A stretch of 64,000 nt of DNA from the human T2T-CHM13v2.0 reference genome, Homo sapiens. Below the pieces are notes generated by a model that made no database searches, was not told the DNA's origin, and saw only the letters and a list, made by a program, of their open reading frames with translations. Below are positions 51,361 to 64,000 of this stretch, one piece after another. Location of the stretch: the NCBI RefSeq assembly GCF_009914755.1, contig NC_060946.1; one strand, written 5' to 3'. Both the position numbers and the translations under genes were made by a program. Positions within the stretch are counted from its first letter, which is position 1, and every line of letters begins with the position of its first letter.

Positions 51361-52454
51361 TTATGAAGAAGAAGAGTCTGAGGGTCAGGGAGTTGAAGCA
51401 CTTAGCTCCAGATTCCTCAGCAGGTAGAGAGTGGAGCTACAACCCCATCCAGGGCTGGGGAACACCAGAGCCTGCGCTCCCAACCCCTCTTCTTCCCAAA
51501 GGCCAAGAGGCCACCTGGGATCAAAGCACAGGCCTGAGAAGAGAGAAAGCTGGTGATGGATGAGAAATAAAGAAGGAGGCAGGAAAACAAAATAAAGAAA
51601 CCCAAGCGTTTCCTGGCGGTAGACAGAGAGGGAGGCAGGTCTGCCCACAGTTCTCCCCGTGCCAAAGTAAGGAGGCATTCAGGCAGCGGGAGACACAAAC
51701 CTCTCCCGGACTCTGGGCTCGGAGAGGATTTGTCAGGTTTTTTACAGTATAACAGGCAACATCCTGAGAGCAGTTTTTCCAACAACGCAGAGGTGCTCCA
51801 CGTGGGGCCATTTCGGCTGTGATCATGATGTCAATGACCATGACAAAGCCAGTTTTGTAGGAGCCACCCCTCCCCCCACTCATCAGAGGCACCTCAGAAA
51901 ACAGTTTGAAAATTCCCAAAGCAGCAGCCCTGCCTGGGGGGCTCTAACCCCTGCTGCAGGCCTCTGAGATGCTGTTTGGATCCTGGGCTGGGGGCAGCAG
52001 CCGCCCCCTGCCCCAGACTTCAGCTGCACAGGCCCCTCGGCTTTAGCGCTCCTGGGTTCTCCAGGCCCCTCCTTCTCCAGCAGCTGAGCAGCAGACAGTT
52101 CTAAATTGAGGTCGGCAGCCAGCAGCCAAGAACATGCAGGCCGGATTGTTAATCGGGAGAAGATCGTGTCTTTGAGATGCTCAGAGGAGCCGCAAGATTT
52201 ATTTTATTGGGGAAAGAGAGGTGTGGGCCCTGCCTGTGGTGTGGGGCTGGAGGGAGGCCAGGCTCATCTCTTCCCAGGTCTCTTCAGTTCAGCTCTGAGC
52301 CAGAGCTCTGGGAAGGGGGTCCCAAAGGGAGGCCAGCCTTCTGGAAGATGCGGGAACAGAGATGGAGTTGGCCCTGTGCGTCAGTTAATCCCTCAAAATT
52401 CTGGCAATGCTGATATTTTGAGCTTCCTGTTGAGCCACTAAAGAGACACCCCCA

Positions 52455-53070
<616 letters not shown>

Positions 53071-54111
53071 CTAAAGGCACTCACAGTTCCAGGGAATCGA
53101 CTCACATGTCGGCAGTCACAGTGGGTTCGACTTGTAATTGACATAACGACACTCGCTTGTGAAATGTCATTCCAGGGAGCTGGCACCCGGGCCCCCTCCA
53201 GGGCTCCCCTCTGGTGGACGGAGCAGGGGGGATTTTACCCTGGACTTTGTATCTCCGGACTCTACTGCAGGATTGCTGCTGTTTAATGATAACATTACAT
53301 TCATTTTGTCATAAAACTAAGAGCCTTGCTTCAGGGCACGGACTTATCCGAGATGGGACAGGGGCAGGGTAGGCATATAGAGATGGGGGCTGTTATATTG
53401 TCCCCCAGGGACCCAGGTGGGCTGGGATGGTGGCGCGTGTCTGTAATCCCAGCTACTCAGGAGCCAAAGCAGAAGGACCTCTTGAAGCCAGGAGTTCAAG
53501 GCCAGCCTGGGCATCAAATTTTTTTTTTTTTAAATTAAAAAAAATTTTTTTTAGAGACAAGAGGGGTAGAGTGAACCACAAATGACATCACCACCGACCC
53601 TGCCCAGCAGCCCTGCACAGCACTCACAGGCCACTGCCCCCTCTGTGTACCTACCCTGTGGCCCCCTCGACCTGTGACCTCCATATCCTCACCCGGGGCC
53701 TCCTGCTCCTCCTCACAGTGTATCTAAGAGGCCACTCCAGGGGGAGGGCAGATACACTGTCAGCACCATGAAACCTTCCTGCTTGTCCTGGGCAGGAAGA
53801 CTTCAGACCAATTTCTTTAAAAATTCTCCCTGTCTGAGGTATCCTTCTAGAAAATGATGAACTCTGCTACTGCAATTAAGCCGATCTTTACAATTCCAGG
53901 GAAATCTATAAAAACAGACGTCCGTTGTTCTATATTCTTTTGGGATTCATTTCTTTAAGGTCACCGAGTTAGGCTCATGACAATGCACTGCTCTGGCTTA
54001 GATCAGCCACAGCGAGGAGAGGCTTCGAAACGAGAACCTCAGACCTCTGATGAAACTGCTGTGTCCAAAAAGTAAAGAGAGGAAGCCGTCTCTGACGAGC
54101 TCAGTCAATAA

Positions 54112-54683
<572 letters not shown>

Positions 54684-57370
54684 CTAGGCCCTAGTTGGCT
54701 GCCAACTAGAAGCGGTCCCCCGTGAAGGCACAGTGCTGATAGGTTTCACGGTCATTTCCAAGTCCACAAATTCTTTTCAGCTGTCATTTGTTTGTGCCTC
54801 CCACAAACATTGAAGGGGTACCAGTTAGGTCACAGGCCCTGTCCCAGACCAGGAGGGGCTCCCTGCCGTGGCAACATCCCCAGTCCAAAAGGGAAGGAGC
54901 AGAAAGAGCCTGAGGCAGAAGGGCTGGTATGGGGAGCATTGAGTTTGCCTGGGATGAGGTTGGGGTGCAGGGTTTGTGGCCCGGGGGTCTAGAGGGTGTC
55001 CATGACCCAGAAGTAGGAACCCACAGACAGAAGGAAAAGAAAAATTACAGGAATTGTATCCTGGCTTGGTGTGACACAGGTCCTATGTCAATTAAACACC
55101 ACGACGATCCTAGGCGGCAACTATTGCAACCGCGTTCTGGAGCGGGTCTAGCTAGGAGTGGTGGCACACGCCTGTAGTTCCAGCTACTCAGGAAGTCGAA
55201 GCAGGAGGATCGCTTGAGCCCAGGAGTTTGAGACCAGCCTGAGCACATAGTGAAATCCCATCTCAAAACCAAAACCAAAAAGCAGAGGATCTTAAAGGCC
55301 CAAAACCACAGAGATCATGAGTGGTGGGGCCAGGCTTCGGACCCCAGTTGGTCTGGCTGTGTTGAGGAAGAAGAGCCAGCACCCAGGCTGGGAAGCTGTC
55401 ATCAGATATGGCAGGGGGTGCTCACATTGGCACTGGGCACAGTAGCCATCAGATGCTAATAAGAGGTTTGTCAGAACCCTGGTGGGCCTCACAAATTTTC
55501 ACCACCAGATGGCCAACAAGTGGCTACTTGGCTCCAGGATCACATGGAGACCACGGGGTCACAGAAGGTGGGTGTAGAGGGGGCTGGGGAGAGCTGCAGG
55601 GCATCCGGCCTGCCCCGGGGGTGCCTGCTTCTCACCCCAGGCTGAGAGGGGCTTTAGCGGGACCCTGGCTGAACTTGAGCAGTATTCCCTGAGTGAGGGC
55701 ACTCGGCCGCTATCTATCTCATGCCAGGGCGTGGTGTGGCTGCATCATGCTTTGTCCCTTTTCTGGCAAAGGCAGTATGTCCCCATGGGATAACGTGGTC
55801 CGGGGCAGTGAGCTGGCTGAGTGTCCTTCTAGACTGGCTCATGCAGCTGCCTAGAGGGGCCCACGGCCTGGAGAGGAAGACCAGGGTGGATACCAGACGC
55901 CGGGGGCTGAGGAGGGAGTGAGAGCCACAGAATTCCAGTTAGCAATCCCCCACTTCCGTGGGGGCCCCAACGGACTCCACGCAACACCGCAAGCACGCAG
56001 AGCCCAGGGCCAGCCTCCCCCGCACCTGACAAGGCAGGTCTTTTCTGCCTCCACCCAGGTTGACCGGTGGGGACGGACAAGGAAGGGGTCTGGGTGGGAA
56101 AGAGAAGAGGCACCTCGCCCCTCACCCTCACACAGGCTTCAGGTGGCCTGGGGAACCACTTCAGCTTTAGAGTTTGAAGTTTTGTCTGTTACACAGGGTT
56201 AGAGATGTGAAGAACTGGGACGCATTTGTGACTTTCGGTGACCATAGAACTTTGACTTAGAGTGACCAGAGGAGCTGAGTTTTGCCAGGAGAAATCCCCC
56301 AGCACCAAGGGGCCTAGAGGGCCCAGGAGCTGCTCCCAGCTGCTTTTCTGGTTATTCTCCAGGTCCCATGGGATCTGGGGCAGGCAGAGCTGGAACAGGT
56401 CCTGGGGCGCAGGGAGGAAACGTCTCAAGGAGCCCCAGGTGTTTTCTGTGCAGGGAACGGATTTGAGAACTTCCCTTCCACTTAGAGAGTTTAGGAGGAT
56501 TTGAGATTTGCCCTGTGGAGAGCGGGGCCTGGAGGTGGCTGCAAGGAGCACCCCTGAGGCTCAGGGAGGGCAGAGTTGGGGCAGAGAGTGAGGAGGGGCT
56601 GGTGAGGACCTGAACTCTCCTGCCTGGCCTGCCCTGCTGCAGGGGCAGGGAGTTTGGCCCAGGGGGAGTTTTCTGAACAGGAGCTTCTTGAACCTGCTGA
56701 ATGTGGACAGGATGGTGCAGGGAGAGGGGAGAGGGCACCCATAGTGAGGACCATGGGGGAGGAGGGGTGGAGCAGGAGGGCAGCAGGGCCATCAGAGGCA
56801 GGGTTGCCACACGGTGTCTGGGAGGGCCCCCGCCCCGTCCCCGGGCTTGGCTGTTTGTTTTGAGTCTTCAACTCCTCTCCTGTGCCTCCCCACCCCCACA
56901 GAACTGCAAGCGCAGACATCTCATCTGGGCAGCGCCGTGGATCCCTGCTTAGTCTGCCCACCCTGCTTTACAGGAGACTGTGTTTTGGGGGGTGACACAC
57001 CCTCCATCCCTCACTTCTCTGCAGCTCCAGGGAAGTCCCTCCCACACTGTGAGGAAGCCTTGGGCCTGGCCAGAAATAGGGGCGATGAGCGGGGGCGTTT
57101 GGGAAAAGCCCAGGTTCTGGAGGCAACAGGCCTGGATGCGGCTCCTGGCTCTGCCACTTCAAGGCTGTGCAACTTGGGCAGCTGGCTTTACTTCTCTGAC
57201 CTCAGTGTCTCCCCACAACACAGGGGGAGCAACAATGCCAGCCTTAAGGGGTTGTGGTGGGATTAATTGGGACCTGGAACCCAGCTACTTGCCACGGGCC
57301 AGGCTGCCTTTCCCCAGGGACAAGAATGAGACAGGGAGTCCTCCTTGGGGATCTACAAAGGCAAATCCCA

Positions 57371-57663
57371 GCTGGGTGTGGTGGCTCATGCCTATTAACC
57401 CCAGCACTTTGGGAGGCCGAGGCAGGCAGATCACATGAGGTCAGAAGTTCAAGACCAGCCTGGCCAACATGGTGAAACCCCTTCTATACTAAAAATACAA
57501 AAAAGTATCTGGGTGTAGTGGCACAAGCCTATAGTCTCAGATACTTGGGAGGGTAAGGCAAGAGAATCGCTTGAACCCAGGAGGCGGAGATTGCAGTGAG
57601 CCGAGATCGCACTGCTACACTCCAGCCTGGGTGACAAGAGCTATCTCTGTTTTTTTTTTTTTT
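57371..57663 (+). mobile_element. Alu ending in a T-tract
   Basis: Sense Alu; TSD aaaggcaaat(c/g)ccagc. Confidence 0.88.
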
Positions 57664-58949
57664 AAAAGGCAAATGCCAGCCCTATACCCTTCTGCCGGGT
57701 TAAATGACATGCCCTCAGTGCAGGGCACATAGGCCCTGATGGTCCAGGCACAGAAGGACCCCCAGGGGTCTTTCCCTGACCCAGACTTGGGCACTGTCCC
57801 TGTCCCGGGCGCTGGCCTGGCCTGGCTGAAGGCCCCTCAGGGGTGTGGTGTGTGCAGGGCTGGGGGCATGAACAGCCCTCTGCCTTCAGCCTCCAGCTGC
57901 TCTTCTCCCACCCTTGTTGGGAAAGAGTTTGTCAACCGCCCACGGGTGCCTGAGTCCTTCCTTTTCCGGTTCTTCTTATGAATCTGTGGCTGCTTGAACT
58001 TGGAGTTTGAGAGCTGGGCGGAGTTGCTATCCTCCCACACCTGGCGCGGGGACCACATGCCGAGTGAGTCCCTGGCGGGGTGTGCCCCCACGTGTTTGTG
58101 TGCCCACCTGGCAGCTTTCCTGTGGATCACTGATGTTCAGGATCAGACCTGCCCACCACCTGCACAACGCCCCCATCCCTCCAACTCAACAGCTCCCATC
58201 CAGTCCCCTCTCCTGCCCAACCAGGGCTGTCTCTGTGGCTCTGAGTCCCCAGCGATCCACAAACTCATCCTGCTCCTGCCCTGCCTGAACCGGCAGGGGC
58301 TCCCTGCTGGAGGAGACCCAGGAAGGAGTCTGAAATCAATTTACGGGGTCAAGACAAGCAATTAAAAAAAATAGAACATGAAGCATTTCATGCGTAGTAA
58401 GGGCACTGTTTGCGACCTTCTAGTTTCAGTTATATTCATACAATTGGGTTCAGACAGGGTCACGCTAAAACATGCATCTCTTAACTTTGGGCCACTGCTA
58501 AGAAAAATGGAAAGTCCCTGGCTTGGAGGATCCAGTTCTTGCCTCCCAGGACCTGCACAGCCCCGCTCAGCTGCTCTCTGGCCCTCACTCGCCCACTCCT
58601 GCGTAGACGTCAGCCTGCCACACTCCGGCGCCTTCGCCCGTGCTGTTCCGGCTGTGCGGAATGTCCTACCCATTCCTTCCTCTCCTGGGCTTTGGGGTCC
58701 CCCTCTGTCTGCAGGACATGCTCACTTCCTCCCTGAGCCACTCCTGGGTGTCTGGCTGCCCCGCACAGCACAGACTCTCAGGCGTCACTGTTAAGCCATG
58801 TGATCAGAAGAGCCAATGTCCCCTGGGTTTGGTTTCACCTTTTGCAGATGACAAAACTGAGGCTCAGAGAAGGCAAGAGGTTTGCCCAAATTGCAGTGGT
58901 AGACATGGGATTTTAAGCTGGGTCCCTTTGAGTCTGTAATCCCACTCTT

Positions 58950-59740
<791 letters not shown>

Positions 59741-60121
59741 ACTCCTCAAAGCAAGAAAAGAAAACATTCTCAAAGGAAAGAAATATACTTCTTTAAAGGG
59801 AGTCAAAAATTCAGAGGCTGTTTCCTTAAACTTGGGTCATCTAATAGGTAGACAGGGCCAGCAATAGGTAGGGGCCTGGGGACAATGGTAGTCAGAAATG
59901 GCCCTGCAGCACTGGGGGACTGTTATTGTCACCTCAGCTCAAGCACAGCCTGTGGCTCCCAAAACAGGAGTGACCCCCGAGCCCTCTACAGGCTGGCCCT
60001 GTGACAAAGCCAGTGCTGCAGAGGGCCAGATGGCATCCCTGTTCTGCAGCAGGGGCGGACATTTTGGGAAAGGAATGCACCGTGGAAAACTTGGTATGCT
60101 CTTATTGAAAATGCTCCCATG

Positions 60122-60440
60122 GGCTAGGCGCAGTGGCTCACGCCTGTAATCCCAGCACTCTGGGAGCGTGAGATGGGTGGATCTCCTGAGGTCAGGAGTT
60201 TGAGACCAGCCTGGCCAACATGGTGAAACCCCGTCTCTGTTAAAAATACAAAAATTAGCCAGGTGTGGTGGGGTGGTGGGCACCTGTAATCCCAGCTACT
60301 CGGGAGGCTGAGGCAGGAACCTGGGAGGCAGAGGTTGCGGTGAGCCGAGATCGCATCATTGCACTCCAGCCTGGGCAGTAAGAGTGAAACTCTGTCTCAA
60401 AAAAAAAAAAAAAAAGAAAAGAAAAAGAGAAGAAAAGAAG
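60122..60440 (+). mobile_element. Alu
   Basis: Sense Alu with a small internal deletion. Confidence 0.9.
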
Positions 60441-61276
60441 AAAATGCTTCTGTGGCTTCCTCTCACCCCCAGAATCTGCCACCCACAATCTCCCCCGTCC
60501 CTCACACTCTGCTCCAGCTGCTGAGGCTCCTCCCACCACCAAGTCATGGGCCAGGGCTTTGGTCCCGGCTCCCCACTGCATGGAACTCAATCCCTTCTAG
60601 GGCATCAAGCGCGCGTTGTCAGTCAAGGGCGTGAGGACCCAGACAACGCTGATCAAAGGTATCCATCCCAAGTTAGGTCGATTTTAAAGGAAAACACTTT
60701 GATTCCCCAGGTACAGAAGAAAGCAGTTCCCACAGTCTTTATTTTAGGCATGGGGTTTGCCCTCCAATTTAATTCTGGCATCTCTCAGAGCTGTGCCTTT
60801 TTAAAGGCCCATCTGAAAGGCTGCGATCGGGGCTCTCAGAGCCCCAGCCATGTGCCTGAGCACAAATCCCAGGATGCCACAGATGAGCAAGCGGGCAGGA
60901 CACAGGCATCAAATGCAAAAGCGTGTGGCCAAGTGGCTGGTGAGGGAGGGGCATTTTGCAGGACTTGGAAGACAACCTTTGAACAGAGACTATTTCGGAG
61001 CTTTTAGCACCGTTGCCTTTGGAATGGCGCCATCGGACAGGTTGTCACATCTTTCAACACCTCCAAATTACAAAGATGCCTCAAGACGTGGCCATTTCCA
61101 CAGCCCATCCATGGCTCATTTTCATGCCTCTAGACCCCCGAACCAGGGTGTACGGTGGCCGCTCGGGGACACAAACCAAGTGCAGAACGTCCAAGGTTTG
61201 AATCGGGAATAAGCCTCACAAGGGTCAATCAGTGTCTTTACAGCAGTTGCCTCCTTTTTGCCTGTTTTGAAAGTCA

Positions 61277-64000
<2,724 letters not shown>

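Noticed and set aside
58360-58520. Possible hAT/MER DNA-transposon remnant
   Set aside because: Vague resemblance only; no terminal inverted repeats could be identified.

Overview
Human-type, GC-rich and very Alu-dense genomic DNA. I recognise it from memory as the NFAM1/LINC01315 locus on chr22q13.2. The minus strand carries NFAM1 coding exons 2-6 (Ig domain, transmembrane segment, ITAM tail), all with GT-AG boundaries and matching phases; exon 1 lies beyond the right edge. A ~4.7 kb 3' UTR ends near an ATTAAA at 19428-19433. Further left, a CpG-island promoter (~7.5-8.6 kb) drives a minus-strand spliced lncRNA (LINC01315) containing an 88-aa ORF that spans the splice junction. The rest is Alu, L2, MIR, L1 and MLT1 remnants and microsatellites; almost all ORFs in the supplied track are spurious. 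Most notable: (1) a non-Alu ~205-bp, ~93%-identical inverted repeat wholly inside the NFAM1 3' UTR, with poly(A) hexamers between its arms, which could act as an alternative-polyadenylation (APA) switch for a long dsRNA; (2) the spliced LINC01315 microprotein ORF; (3) NFAM1 exon 2 flanked by inverted Alus, 330 nt long and stop-free, making it a candidate for circRNA formation or in-frame skipping; (4) a possible soluble NFAM1 isoform that escapes NMD. Repeat boundaries are estimated by eye.
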